DNA of 64,000 nt, taken from Takakia lepidozioides (taxonomy: Eukaryota; Plantae; Bryophyta). Positions 1-13,570 of the stretch are shown here, in pieces. The stretch lies in assembly GCA_030704615.1 (NCBI GenBank), contig CM060733.1, positions 35,092,001 through 35,156,000 of the forward strand. Direction: 5' to 3'. The translations under genes and the position numbers were made by a program. The notes under the pieces are model-generated. The model worked only from the letters and a program-made list of their open reading frames with translations, was not told where the DNA came from and searched no databases. The first letter of the stretch is position 1, and each line of letters opens with the position of its first letter.

Positions 1-329
1 GGTGTATTTTATTGTTGGGATGTAGAGCCCAGGTTCTGTTTTCCTCAGGTAACCATCTGTGTTGGTTAGATGAAAAGCCAAGTTGGATAAATTGTTTCAG
101 TTTCTGCTGCACCTGAGAATATCTGTTCTACTTCAATAATATGAGAGAACAGCCATGTTGTCTTGAGACTGACTTCAGTGATTATCAACAGCAGCATGTG
201 CTGATTCAGATGAAAGTCAGTTTGATATTCAGAAGTGCTACAAATGAGACTAGCAGTTCACTGGATATTTATTTCTTCACCATTAGTCTACTCCTAGTCC
301 GTACTGAAAACTCATTTGCTTTGTTGCAG

Positions 330-482
330 GCTGAGGAACTTTATAACAGCATGGAACAGGCTGGGTGTAAACCAGACCTAATCACATTCAGAACCCTACA
401 TAAGGCATTCTCCTCTTCAAAGAATTTACTTGATGCCAAGAAGATTCTTCTGGACATGCGGAAGGCAGGAGTCAGCTTCTGA
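330..482 (+). CDS. 3' terminal exon of a P-class pentatricopeptide repeat (PPR) protein gene that starts upstream of the window
   Basis: Acceptor ttgttgcag at 329, then AEELYNSMEQAGCKPDLITFRTLHKAF...AKKILLDMRKAGVSF*, a typical P-type PPR motif (GCKPD-I-T-F). Confidence 0.75.
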   Translation, partial: AEELYNSMEQAGCKPDLITFRTLHKAFSSSKNLLDAKKILLDMRKAGVSF

Positions 483-1915
483 GTTCTTGCACTTCACGGG
501 AGTGTACTAAATTATTACACCTGTATGTTGGAAGTAGATGCTTTGCTTAGGTTGCTTTGTTTCTTTGTTACCCCAAGTTTTTGGCGGGTTTTACAGAGAT
601 ATTTGAGTCACCAGTGATTGTACAGTAAAATGTATTTTCCCTTCTCCCATGGTGGGTAACTTTGTATGTAATTTCAGTCTTCCATAAAAGCTTAACAGAA
701 GAGGTGTGAAGAGAAAAAGTTGATGCAAGTTTTCAAGGGTATAGCAATGTCTTCGAGTCTCAGCCATGATCAAATTTACCTTGTGTAGGATTGACAGCTA
801 GTTCATGATCCTCTTCAGGTGTTGCTAAGGCAATTGGGCGAGAGAGGGTTGCAAAACATGGGTTAATGTACATGTTTCATAACGTAGGTTGCACATGCTT
901 GATCATGCAACACAACAAATGGCAGTCCACTATTGTGTAGGGATGCCAGGTAGCAGTGGATCCATTGGGATACTTTTTTAGTTTGAACTTTGCGCAAGCT
1001 GCTATATACATCAACAGTCAATCACTGGGAGCCTATCAGGAGGCTTAGTTCTTTCCTTTCTTCTTTTCCTCAGCTTTTACTGTGAGGTTTTCAATCTATC
1101 CGGGAGATGCACTCTTTAGAGGATTCGTTGAGTAGCTTCAGTTGCCTCCAACCACTGTTTATTTGAAAAACTCATGGTTTTAGACTTTGACTCCTTGCTG
1201 CTTTGCAAAATATTGATTGGTCTGCTGGATTTCACTAAGCTCCGGGGAAGGATTGAAGATGACTTTTTGCAATCATGAATAGAGAAATGTGATGTAGAGG
1301 CTACTGTATTCAAACAAAGAAAAACCTGAGGGGTAAACCTCAATTCGAGCCCGGGTTGTAAGTGTGAGGCCAAAAAACGGGGAAACCATGCTGTGCAAGC
1401 TTTGATGATAAGTTCCATAAGGGTATATTAACAATCCACCCAATGACAAGGTGAGGTGTACACCTCAAATCTGACCCTGCCAGTCATCAAGGCCAAAACT
1501 GTGAAAACCAAAGGCGCTTTGGCATGCCGGTGGAAAGCCTACAAATCCAACCATGGTACATATAAAAAATGATGCTAACCTCCAAATGTACACGACGGTA
1601 CTCTCCTAGGTAGCCCTGCTGTTCCCTTACTTCCTGCAAGCTCTCAGAAACCGGATGTGTATGGAGTTGCGATGTGACCACTTCAAATCTCATCCTTCAT
1701 GCTCACCTCCCAGTGTGGCACCAACAGACCCCGTCTTTCCAGACACAGTGTAAAGTGAAATTGAAGTGGGCTTCGTCGAGCTCAATAGTGTCAATGCAAT
1801 GGAGCGTCCACTTTTCTACCAGTTGGTGGTAGATGAATCCAAACACGTACAGATAGTAAGGAGGTGGAACGCAATTGAGGGGAGGAGTCGGAATGAGAAA
1901 TTCCTCGCAACGCCT

Positions 1916-2230
1916 CTACGTCCGCGGCCTACCTCCCGAAATATTTGAGGCCTGAATCTGCACAGGTAGCGGCCTTCCTGTCCCAGATCCACCACAACTG
2001 CTACATCGCATCATGCCTGTACCACTGCAAGAGCTACAACCTATATCATTATCTGACCACCTAGTGCACATACAGGGTACTCTTCTCGAACCATTGCAGG
2101 TGGGGCACCGCGAATATCCACCTGCCATCGGCTTCTGCTGCTCTGCATCCAAAATAGATTTCACTATCCACGCGCCCGCCAACACGCTAACCCCCTGTGC
2201 GACCTGAGTGATGACCACCCCGAGCGACAT
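1916..2230 (-). CDS. Small DnaJ-like cysteine-rich zinc-finger protein (CxxCxGxG repeats, no J domain), resembling Arabidopsis At5g43260-type proteins
   Basis: Intact single-exon 104-aa ORF with a hydrophobic N-terminus (VITQVAQGVSVLAGA) and motifs CPTCNGS, CSSCSGTG, CSSCGGSGTGRPLP. Confidence 0.85.
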   Translation of the reverse strand: MSLGVVITQVAQGVSVLAGAWIVKSILDAEQQKPMAGGYSRCPTCNGSRRVPCMCTRWSDNDIGCSSCSGTGMMRCSSCGGSGTGRPLPVQIQASNISGGRPRT

Positions 2231-2559
2231 GCCGCCTTCTCCTCAGATCACAAACACCCACAGAGAGACGACGATGTCGCACTCAGGTTCGGTTCACAAT
2301 TCCCCTCTCCGGCTCTTGCAAAAACCACAGGGCCAGAGAGAAACCCAAATAATCACACACTGCCACAGACTACAAAACTCCGTCCTTTACAAGAACCCTC
2401 CGGATACCTCCGCTTCCAAAACTCCACAAAACGAAAGGCACAAAAGCCGGCTCTAGAGTCACAGGAATCCTGGAGATGCGCTACAACGAAAACCCACACA
2501 ATTTCTTCCTTCAAGCTTCAATGTCGTGCCTGCAGATCACAGCAAAGGCGGAAGAATCA

Positions 2560-2960
2560 GCAGCGATGTGACGATGAGTGCGAGCCTTGCATGGAAAGAA
2601 AGAAGTGGACGGTAGTCAGCCCTGCAGCAAACCCTTGTACATGCCCACCACGGTACGGCCTCACGTGCCGTGGCGCCATCCCGCACGCAAGATCCTCCTC
2701 ATCTCAGCCGCCCGATGGAGGCAGCCGGATGCCGTGGATCTTGAGCTCCGTCGTCCCCTGGCGTGCATCCGACCGCGGGGACTCGGAGGGAAAACCAACC
2801 GTCGGATGGAACTGCACTGTACGATGGATGTGGCTGCAACACGCGTGCCGGCGATTGGAAGGTTTGAGCACGTGTCGTGGACTGGCGTGAACAAGTTCGC
2901 AGCCGCGTGCACGCTCCCGTTGCCGGCCAAGTTCGTGCCCACCTTCCGACCCCACGAGCC
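2560..2960 (-). promoter_or_regulatory. GC/CpG-rich upstream region of the DnaJ-like gene with G-box/ABRE-like motifs
   Basis: CpG-rich stretch 5' of the minus-strand gene; CACGTG at 2662-2667 and CACGTGTC at 2869-2876. Function inferred only. Confidence 0.3.
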
Positions 2961-2985
2961 TGTTTGATTTTTTCTTTCTTCTTAA

Positions 2986-3801
2986 CCCCTAAGCGCGGGG
3001 AGTGTTTTTGGGGGTCCACTTCAAAAATGGGACCCACTGACACCTCCGAGGCCATGTCTGCCAGCAAGAGTGCATCCACGGAAGTGAACCTTACTAAATG
3101 GCAGTTAACTACTAGATGCAGGTACTGTGAAAATTTGGGAAGAATTGACCGTTTCGTTTGGGAGATTATAATAATTTACTAGGGGTTTTGTTTTTCAATT
3201 CCAAGGAAGTTTATAGGGAAAAATTCTGTTTGACCAGCAAATTGGCCTTGATAGAGATTTTTTCTGGGGGCCGGACCAACTCAGTCACAATCTTTGCAGG
3301 GTTACACATGTCCTCAAGAAATTTGAGGGCCAAATTCCCCAAAAATAATATGGCACCTTTGTATGTGCAATAGGGGGGTTCAATGGAAGAAAAATTACAC
3401 GAGAAAAGGAAGATCCACATAGCTCCTGGAGTTTTTTACAACTTCAAGTTTCCTCTGGTGCAATCTTGCATGGCCCACAGGGCAAGAAGAATGCCCAATT
3501 TTTTTTCCAAAAAACCAAAAACTGCTCAGTAGATGGGCTTTTTGGTGACTTTTCCGGTAACTTCCATCTGAGGGCTGTCCGCAGGCCACGCCGGCAGGTC
3601 AACTGCAGTGGCGGCCTCAGATGAAAAATCGTAGCTTGCCGAGTTTTGGGTTTTTGGGGGCGCAGTAAAGTGGAGCGTGTGGCATTAATTCCAGCGCTCA
3701 CTTTTCATTCAGACACTTTTTTCATCCTTTTTCATCCACAAAAGGTATTCCGTGGATGAAAACGGCTGCGACCTGATTCAGGTCGCGCCGGCCTTTAGGG
3801 G
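2986..3801. mobile_element. Non-autonomous TTAA-flanked DNA transposon (piggyBac-like MITE)
   Basis: TTAA (2982-2985) | CCCCTAAG... and ...TTTAGGGG | TTAA (3802-3805): short CCCCTAA terminal inverted repeats with a TTAA duplication. No credible ORF inside. Confidence 0.6.
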
Positions 3802-3989
3802 TTAAGAGTTTGATCTATTTATTAGACTTACCTATTTACATTGCGAATTCAACTGGCCGGTGAAGTTCTAGATATACCTGTACATATATATGACGCCAAC
3901 CAAAGTTAGTGCAAATAAGAGCCTCTTCCCTTTGCGCATTTTCGGGGGTGGGCACAGTAAGTTTTACGTTAAGTTCAGTTCTTGCCGTG

Positions 3990-4110
3990 TCCCTTGGGCG
4001 GTGTCTTGTGGCGAGGTTACTTTTGAAATGGGCTATTTCTTCTTCTCACTAAAAATGAAGGGGCCTGATTTGCAGTTGCTTAGAAACCCCTTTGAAACAA
4101 AAGAAAAATC
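3990..4110 (+). mobile_element. Degenerate 3' part of a SINE, same family as 62190-62425
   Basis: gcgaggttacttttgaaatgggctatttc...aaggggcctgatttg (4011-4072) matches the reverse complement of 62236-62293; followed by an A-rich tail. Confidence 0.5.
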
Positions 4111-6036
4111 CACCCTCATCTGTTTCTCTTTGTTTCTTTCTTGTTTCTTCAAAAAGGGAACAGAGAGAAAGAAAACAAAAACAAAACGGAACTCCTGGAA
4201 TGGTGAAAAGAAGGTGGGAAAAAAATAATCACCATGGGGCCGTGAAGACTCACAAAGGGGATACCACCCAGTAAACACAGTACGAAAAGCAAAGAAAACA
4301 AGAGGAGCAAATGGCCATTGTTTAGCACTCTAAATTAACACTTAATCTGATTCTCCCCCATGGGGTCTCACCCTTTGGTGGAATCTTTGGGGAATCCGAA
4401 GATGCTGTAAGATGGGGATAGTTACAAAAGAGAATTGTGCAACAGACTATGTTAGGCTGTTCCTCCATTGTTGGCGGGGCTTTATAACACAAGAGAAACT
4501 ATGTTATGGGGATGAAAATGCCCTCCGCCGCGAATGCTGGCACGAGAGCAGGGAAAGGAGGAAATAACTCTAAGAACTTATCTTGACACCACCCTTTACC
4601 TTGCCGGCTCTCAGCTACCTGCTGTCCCAACCGGGGCGCACCTAAGAAGGATGGGCTACTATGTGGATGTGTGGCCGCTTGCCCTTTGGCAACGTTGGGA
4701 AGACAGCCGTTGTCCCACGTGCGTCTTGCCAATGGAGGCGAATACTAACGTATGTGTGGCCTGGCTATCATCAGCACTTCAGCCTTTTTTTTTCTCCCCA
4801 AAAACAAGTGAAAAACCATATGTGTAAGGTGGGTGAATTTCCACCCACGACACTTGGGTTTGGAATGCAAGGTTGACTAGACACGTGACAAGGAGAATAT
4901 CGTCTGAGCCACTCCTGAACTCCTCTTGTGGTGGGCCAGGCAATGCCCTACCTTTTGCGACTAAATTCTGAATTCTAGGAAATTGTGGGGGCAATAGTGT
5001 GGTATCCGTGACACATTTGCAGTAGGATTTCTTCAAAAAGGTTTGGAAAAGTACACTTTTTGGAGGTTGCTAGCAGTGAAGCTTCCACATTTTCAGTTTC
5101 CTGTAGGACAAAAAGTGATATTGACCTGCAATTGTCTTGTAATGGTTACACCAGCGTTACATGACTATTTGTGTGTCTCAAGCTTAGAAAAGCCACTTGT
5201 AGTCTGGTCAAACCATACAAGCGACCCAAATCTCTATGAATTTTCACTTCCACCTAATTTCAGCAGATCTACTCTGGTGGGGCCCACTTTTGAAGCTTTT
5301 TGGACAAGGTACTTGTCCCTAATATGATGCAAAAAAACAAATTAAAAAACAACAAAAGCTCCTACCTACAGAAAATATCCAAGATAACTATGTCACATTT
5401 TGGGCCTAAAAAGCTTGTTGAATGCAGACATGGCTCAAAACATTTATGGCGCGGCGGCAGCCGACTCAATGGCCCTTATTTTTGGGATGGGTTGGTGGCG
5501 CCATGCAACAGGGGAAAGAGAGTGATGGCTGGGTGGCTTACTTCATGTGTTGGGCCGCAGTAACAGATGCTCCCAAAGGGTTCTCCACGGGCCGGCCGCT
5601 GCAATATAAAGGGACTTTCAGCATCCTATAGGATTTGAACTTAGAAGGTTGTTGCTCTATCCACCTGAGCTAAGAATGCAGTACATTACTAACCACTTCG
5701 TGAAGAAAAAATGAACTCCAAACAAGAAAGAAGCACATATCTTTCTTCTCTCCTGTTGTCTTCGCACAGCAAATGAAGGGCGCACGCAAAATAGATTGAC
5801 AAGATCAGAAATAAAGATACATGTTCAGTCAGAGTCCATCAACACGGACATAGACATGAACCAAGTCTTTGCATGAGAAGGTTTGTAAATGTAAATCACA
5901 TATGCTCAAATCTACACTAAATTTCTACTCTTTGTGTAATACGTTACGGCCTGTCTTACGTTTCAATATACAACAAATCATCTTCCAATGAAATAAAAAA
6001 AGGCTCAATCTAAATAAACCTTACCAGAAAGAAAAA

Positions 6037-8400
6037 ATGAAGTGGGTTAAAATTCTGCTGGTTACCTCTTCAAGCAGGGTTATAGTGAATGGTCACCTAT
6101 CCAAATCCTTCCCTCTTCAGAGATCAGTGCGCCAAGGCTGCCATCTTGCCCCCTTCCTCTTCCATATTGTTGTAGATTCCCTGGGTTATATGTTGCAGTT
6201 CAACAGCCAGATAAAGGGCCTCAAGATCACAAACTACAACACCCAACAGCAAATCCAAGTAACAGACTCTATGTTCGTAGATGATACCTTCTTGATGCTT
6301 TAGGCGGATCAACAAAATCTAGACATAGCTTCCACAACTCTCAACACTTTCTTCTCTGCATCAGGCTTTAAGGTGAATTGGAACAAAATGGCAGCTCTGC
6401 TGGTGAGGGATCTGTCCGCATCCACAATAGGGGCCAGTCCCTCCTAGGGTGCTAACCAGTGTCTTAAATGGCTCAAACCGGGGGAATCTACAACCCTATT
6501 AGGGTACACCTTTGGTATTGATCTCTCTGACGAGCATATTTTTAGACCTATTATCTCCAAGCTAAAACTTAGGCTCTCGCAGTGAGGAAGTAAGCACATG
6601 TCCATAACCGGGAGGGCTCTTGTGGCCAACCAGATCTTAGAGGCTGGCCTATGGTATTTTGCTGCTGCCCGGAAGCCCAACTCCTCCCAAATTCAAGAGG
6701 CCAAGAGACTTACCAGAAACTTTATAAGGGGGCACAACACTCTGCAGAAAAGAAAAGGCCTCAGGTGGCATGGGCTCAAATCTGTTGTCCAAAAAAGAAA
6801 GGTGGTCTAGGAGACATAGACCCGGACACCCAAATTATGGCTCTTCTAGCAAAATGGATCCCCAGATTTCTGGGTCCTGAAGGGGGACTTTGGAAATTCC
6901 TAGTGTATGACAACACAGCTCTTTCGTCTCCACTGAAAGCTGCCCACTGAAAGCTGCCCATTGGAAGCCTTCCATCAGGTGGATCGCTCACGGACTCAAC
7001 CTTAAACCTGTGGGCTCCAAGCTTTGGACAAACATCTGGATTGCCTAGGGGAAATTTCACCGATTCCTGGTTAAGACAGCCCCTGCCTCATATTATGAGA
7101 TTTTCAGGCAGCATCTATTCATCAATACCAATAACCCATCTCCTCGGCAAAAAAAAAAGAAGCTAAACGAAGGTCTTCTTGGGATAATCTTGGAGTCAGT
7201 CAAATCTTTTAATATCTGGAATCAATCTGACTTCAAACCCCCGGAGCTCCTCCCCCCGTATTGGTTCGGCCAGGGTGGCCAAGTTACCAAGACATCATCC
7301 AATCAATTCCCCCACTGGCAACATACCCTTCGAGCGGGCCCTACAGATCCTGCTCTCCCTCTCTGGGCTCTTGTAATTCTCCACAACCGCCTCTCTATCC
7401 TTTATGTTACTGACTCTAATCCTTCTCACCACTCCGTCTTTGCTTTCAATATTGACCCTATTTCGCTGGCCCTCTCTCTAGCATCCTCCTCCCCTTTGGA
7501 CATCCCTGCCACTGCCCTAACCCCAGTAAGGATCTGCGGATGGTCTATCCCAGGTAGGCCCATGGACCCCAAACCTGACCTCTTGTCCCCCCTAGAGAGT
7601 TGGCTTTCTAGAAATACATTCATTTGGATCTTGGGGCGTCCGCTAGCACAGATGGATCTTGACCCTATGGAATGGTCTTGGAAGTTTGAGAGATCGCCAT
7701 AGCCATTCTTTAGCTTCACCACCAGGAAGGGTTATAGAGCTCTATCTAACTTTCAATGCTTGAAGGTTAAGTGGGAAGCCAGATGAGAGCTATACAGCTT
7801 TCGCAATGAAAACTGGGCTGCCATCTGGAGCTCTGTGTGGATCAAATCTCGTCTTGCAAAAATAGCCACATTCCTTTAGCAGATAGTCAACAGGGTACTT
7901 AAGGTGGAGAAATGGCTTCACTTCCAAGCAAGACTTCTCTGCAGTTGCTGTTAAGCGAACATAATGGAGTCCCTAGAGCACTGTCTGCTTTTCTGTCATA
8001 CACCTGCCAAAGTCTGGCCTTTGGTGAAAGTTTTATATGGCCATTAGAGTTCCAAACCCCTTCTATCCCTTCATCTTCTTCTACAAAGTCTTTAACTATC
8101 CTGTTTTTTAGACCCTGCAAAGCTCCATCCTCTCACACCTATGGAAAGCTCGATGCAAGAAAAATCCTTCTCAGGAGAGACTGCCACCATCTCCTCCCTG
8201 CTTTCTAATGTTTTCTATGATCTAGGAGTGGAGTCAAGAAAAGCGTGGTCAAAAACTTGTGCAGATTTTGAACGAAATTCGGAAAGCGCGGCAGCCATCC
8301 ATGCTAACTTTAAGGCCACCTGGGGCAATCACAGCCTTATCTGCTTCTCCCCTGAGCAGGACTTATGCATTTGGATAGAGCTCCCCCCTTCATGCTGGTG
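6037..8400 (+). mobile_element. 5'-truncated, decayed L1-clade LINE ORF2 (RT domain and downstream zf-RVT region)
   Basis: VIVNGHLSKSFPLQRSVRQGCHLAPFLF...SMFVDDT, SGFKVNWNK, GRALVANQIL and VAWAQICCPKKKGGLG, all typical plant L1 RT motifs; multiple stops and frameshifts. Confidence 0.9.
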
Positions 8401-10414
8401 AGACCGCCGTGCAACACTCCATAGTGTCCCCTAAGTTCGAACGAGATGTCAACTGGAAACATCTAAAGCCATCCTCCACTGTTTCCAGGCTCCACTACCG
8501 TTAGGATTTCATCGGTCTTCTTAGCTTCTCCAGGAAGATTGCGATCTGGTTCTTGAGAGCTCCAAGCCTCAACAGCTATCTCCCAGGGTGCATTTCTTCA
8601 CAGTAGCACAAAAGTTTCAATGCACCATTTTCTCCTCTGGCGTTAATCACCCCTTAAGATTAGATCCAGCTTATTACAACATTGATTAGTTGTCCCATTG
8701 CTTTGGTCTTGATCACTCTCTCGATATGAGAGGAAAGGCTCTTCTTTCACTAAAATCGGTTTGTGTACCTTATGGTGTAATCGGGGTTTTAATTTTTTTT
8801 CCCACAATAAATTGAATAAAACCCAGGGCTGTGGAGTTGGGATTCCTCCTCACGTGTTTTCTTGACTTGGATGAATGGAGGGAGAATGGGCTCCAGATGA
8901 TCTAGGGATGGACGGAACCAGGATGTAGTCTGGATGAACTTGCGCTTGATGCATGGGGATGAGCTGGCAACAGCTTAAGACTTTATTATATGTTGTCTTA
9001 TTCTAACAGCTAGTTTAGGATTAGATTAGGATGAGACTGGGTGATCTGGCTTCTTTCTATGGCTATGCTGGAACGACATCTGGCTGGCATGTGTGTAAGT
9101 GCCACGCGGCACGAGGATTAGATTATGACCTAATGCTATTTAAACTACACTGCCGTGGCAGTGGGGGTGGTAGTTTTCATCTTATGTCTGCGTGTACTAT
9201 GTGAGACGGCATGCTTGAGTGTTTGTATGAACATTGTGTGGATGTGTGACTCAGTTGTGTCCTCTTCGTAAGATTTCCTCTTCTCAGCTAGGCTCCTCTG
9301 CCGACTACATTCCCCTTGACTACGCTAAATTGGGAGAGGAAGGGGAATAATTCCCTGGCGCCGGAATCGTGGTGGAGATGCGGTAACTAAAAGTCATTAA
9401 CAGAAAATGTGTCTAGTACAAAGCATCTGAGGCAGTGGATTGCGTACGGGGGATTTGGCATGATTGATGAGAGAGGTGATAGCAAAATGGCGGCTAGTTT
9501 GTCATGCACAGTGAAAGAGAGAGAGAGGGTCTGTTTGCTAGAGTTTTTCTGCGCTTTGAGAGTTTTGTGAATAAGCACCATGGCGTCCAGCTCTCAGCGT
9601 GGTTGGTTTGAGCTTGATCAGTATGAAGTTCCTCGCATGAGACAGACCCAGGCATTGGAGTCACGCTACATTTGTGAGCTTGCCCGCAATCTGCTGCTAG
9701 AACAAATTGTGTTTGTGGATTATCCGCCATCCCGCGTCCATAACTTCCCTTGGACACGCCATCTGAATTTTGGGCCAAGACTTTTGAGGAAACAGCCCGC
9801 AAGTAAGCTTCCAAGCCCATTCACACCAAGCCTGAACGCAGGGAGCAGAATCGACGCATCAAGGAGTCTCTGCAAGGGGCTTATGTTGCGCGTCTGCTGC
9901 TCAAACTCCATTCTAGGGAAGTTTCCTTTCAATTTTCACTTTCTAGTGCTAAAGAGCAATTGGAGAGGGGAGAGACGCTCAATTGGGCAGTCACTACAAC
10001 AGATTGCGGCTTTTATGACTCCCATGGGTGCACAGTCATGACAGATTTGTGGCAGAAATGCCATTTGCAGTCGTAAAATGCGATTGCATGGCTCCGGACT
10101 CTGCGCAACACAGGTCAAACATGTTTGACCACGAATATTGGCATGGCAGATATGACTACCAGTCACCGTCATGGCTACACTTGAATGACGTGTGTATATT
10201 GCTAGAAAGACATATGACTTCATGACTCTCACTCTAATGCATTCTGCCAGATCATCACATGGATGAATCACTACATGACTGCACATGTCGACACATGCTT
10301 TTCTGGTTATATATATAATATATGAGTATTTATATTTTGAAAAAATGGAGACTCTGACCACTAGAATCAATTTTTAAAAAAACAAAATGCAATTAAAAAA
10401 AAAAAAAAAAAACA

Positions 10415-10620
10415 CATCGGCTAGTAAGTGCACAGTGTCGCCCTGGTGGTTTGGGGTTCAAACCCGCTGCCTTATCCCGTGTGTGGGATTGTTCGTGACA
10501 GTATGTCTGGGCGTTGATCGGCCTGTACGTCTTATGGCCCATAAATGAAGGCGGGTGAATTTCCCCCCCTCCTCAAGGGCCTGTGGTTTCCTTTAAGAAA
10601 AGAAAAAAAAGAAAAAAAAT
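10415..10620 (+). mobile_element. Probable tRNA-derived SINE inside Pack-CACTA 1
   Basis: B-box-like GGTTCAAACCC at about 10455, degenerate upstream A box, A-rich tail at about 10595-10620, A-run upstream. Confidence 0.45.
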
Positions 10621-10939
10621 CAAAGAGGGACTTTTAGGGTTTACAAAAAGGTTAAAAAACTTAAAAAGTTGCCCATCACGGTAGCGTGAACAGACTTAGA
10701 GCGAGCGGGAGGGAGAGAGAGAGAGGGTTGGGACTTAGAGCGAGCGAGCGGGAGAGAGGGCAAACATGCATGGGAGTCCCGCAGTTGGATCAACCTTCGC
10801 ATTTGGAGCAAGCAACCCTAGAAACGCTAGGGTATGTGTGCAAGGAGGTTTCGGCTGGGAGCCCGCCGTTCTTGGGAGAGTCAGCTTTGTCTTAGCAGGC
10901 CGTGTTTCAATCTCTACCCGCTCGGCCTTGATTTTACAG

Positions 10940-13570
10940 CACGGAGCAGAGCTGGCATGAGTTTCTAAAAGATCCTTCACGATGGTGGGACAACCGCAAT
11001 CGCAAGGTGTTGCTTTTTCTTAATGTACGATGTGAAGAAGTTTGTCCATCCTGCAAATGTGGGTTGTTGGCTCCTGTTAGTACCATGATTTGGTATTCTT
11101 CCTGATGTTTACAAGGTTCTTGGGAGAGTTAGCTTGGTCTTAGCAGGCCGTGGTTCAATCTCTGCCCACTCAGCTGCACCGTGGTGGTTCTCACTGACCA
11201 ATCCGACATTACCTGACTACAGAAATAAGCATCACACTGAAGAGGTCCTCTTGGGTTCATGGTCAGTCAAATCCTCCATGGGTCATGACACAAGGTCGAG
11301 GACAATGTGGTGAGGGCACCTTCTTCTTCAACCTATTTCAGCCTGTTTTGCCCTCTCATCAGACTCGGCCCTTCATTTGCAGCACGGAGCAGAGTTGGCA
11401 TGAGATTTTTAAAGATCCTTCACGATGGTGCAACAACCGCAATGGCAAGGTGTGGCTTTTCCTTAATGTACGATGTGAAGAAGTTTGTCCATCCTGCAAA
11501 TTTGGGCTGTTGGCTCCTGTTAGTACCATGATTTGGTATTCTTCCTGATGTTTCAAGGTTCTTGGGAGAGTCAGCTTGGTCTTAGCAGGCCGTGTTTCAG
11601 GCCATGTGCCATCGTCAAAGCTGAAATTGTACTAGTTGTCATTCTGACCACTGCCCTAGTGGACATGTATGCCAAATGTGGGTGCAGCAAGCCTGATGCA
11701 AAGGGAGAGTTCGACAACATGGCTAAATGAGATGTGGTGTTGTGGACTGCCATGATTGTAAGGTGTGTGTAGCATATGTGTGGGAGTAAGGCTTTGGAAA
11801 CCTAAGAACAAATGATGTGGGAAAGGATGAAGCCAAACCAGGTCATGTTCATTTGTGTTTGTTAATATGCATATGCGAGCCTAGCAGCCCTGGGAAGGGG
11901 CCAAGAGGTTCATGGTGGCATCATCAAAGCTGGAATTGTACCTGATGTCATTCTGAACATTCCCCTAGTGTACATGTATGTCAAATGCGAGCCTGGTAGC
12001 CCTGGAAAGGACGCAAAGGTCCATTATCAAATCTGGAATTGTACCACTAGATGTCACTCTAAACACTGCCTTGGTGGATATGTATGTCAAATGCACGCCT
12101 GGCAGCCCTAAAAAAGGGTACAGAGGTCCACGGTGATATTGTCAAAGCTGGTATTGTATCTGATGTGATTCTGAACGTTGCCGTAGTGGACATGTATGCC
12201 AAGGTTGCAGGGTGCAACTACAAGGATACATGGCTGTTTTGATAATATGGCTGAATGAGATGTGGTACCAGCCTAGCCCATAATTGCACTTAACTAGAGT
12301 AGGCAATGAGTGAAGACGGGGTTTGTGATGACATCGTCCAAGCTGGAATTAAACAAATGTTGTTCTGAACTATGCCTTTGTGGACTTGTATGCCAAATTG
12401 GGGTGCATGGAGGATGATGATCCCAGGATATGCACAACAGCGGCGCGGGATGGAGGTTTTTTGGAGAGGTCTATGAGCAAGTGGTGTGGGAAGGGATACT
12501 GCAGCGCAACCACATCGCGTTTGTTACATTTGCAACATGTGTGCAAGCCTGGCAGCCCTGCAAAATAGCAAAGAGGTTCGTGGTAACATCGTCCAAGCTG
12601 GAATTGTACTAGATGTCGATCTGAACTTTGACATGATGCCAATGTGACAACAGGAAAGTATCCAGAAACAGGTCACAGAGACGAGGAGAAGTTGTGGAAT
12701 GGTGAGACAACCGAGGGAAAAAGGTTAATGCCTGTTAGATTATAGAGGGCAGACGCAATTCAGCATAGGAACTAGTGTGATAAGCTGAGTTGGGTGTTTC
12801 CTAGAACAAATCTAGGCTGTCATTATCAGCTGCAAGACAAGGAAGTATGCATGATTTGTGCAGAAGCAGTGATAGCTGAAAGAGCAGGGATAGAGTATGG
12901 GTCCAGATTCATCCAAGAGGGCCAGATTTCAAGCACATGATTACCTATGATTACCTGTGGATTTAGCTATAAGAAACCTACATGGGTAGATGGTGAACTG
13001 GAAGCCGCAGGAGTAGCGGCACAATTGATAAAATCAAGCACTGCTAATAAAGGCACCTTCTTCAACACATTTCACCCTGTTTTTTCCCTCTTATCAGAAC
13101 CGGCCCTAAATTTTAATGTCTGCAAGTTAGCTGGTTGAGTGAATCTAGTTTGGAGTGACTTTGACATGATATTGCCAATGTGACAACAGGAAAGTATCGA
13201 AAAACAGTTAACGGAGATGAGGGGAAGCTGTGGAATGAATACTTTTCTGACCCCAGTCAATGGTGGGACAACCGAGGCAAAAAGGTAAATGCCTGTTGGA
13301 TTACAGAGAGTAGCAGATGCAATTGAGAATAGGAACTAGTGTGGTAAGTTGAGTTGGGTGTTTGCTGGAACAAATGTAGGTTGTCATTGTCAGCTGCTAA
13401 CAGCAATGCAAGGATATATGCATGATCTGTGCAGAGGCATGGATAGCTGAAGGAGCAGGGATAGAGTGTGGGTCCAGATCATCCAAGAAAGCCGGATTTC
13501 AAGCTCCAGATTACCGATGATTCCCTGTGGAAGGATAGCTACAAGAAACCTGCATAGGTAGATGATCATG
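10940..13570 (+). pseudogene. Rearranged fragments of OSB-type PDF-motif plus PLS-class PPR gene(s), cargo of Pack-CACTA 1
   Basis: WHEFLKDPSRWWDNRNRK|gt (two copies); TNPTLPDYRNKHH...NPPWV; IHPRGPDFKHMI...SYKKPTWVDG; PPR motifs TALVDMYAKCG...FDNMAK*DVVLWTAMI and EVHGGIIKAGIVPDVIL. Many stops and frameshifts. Confidence 0.85.

Noticed and set aside
8830-9990. ORFs at 9494-10041 as a host gene
   Set aside because: No recognisable domain or splice structure; probably an old repeat that served as the landing site for the CACTA and Gypsy insertions.
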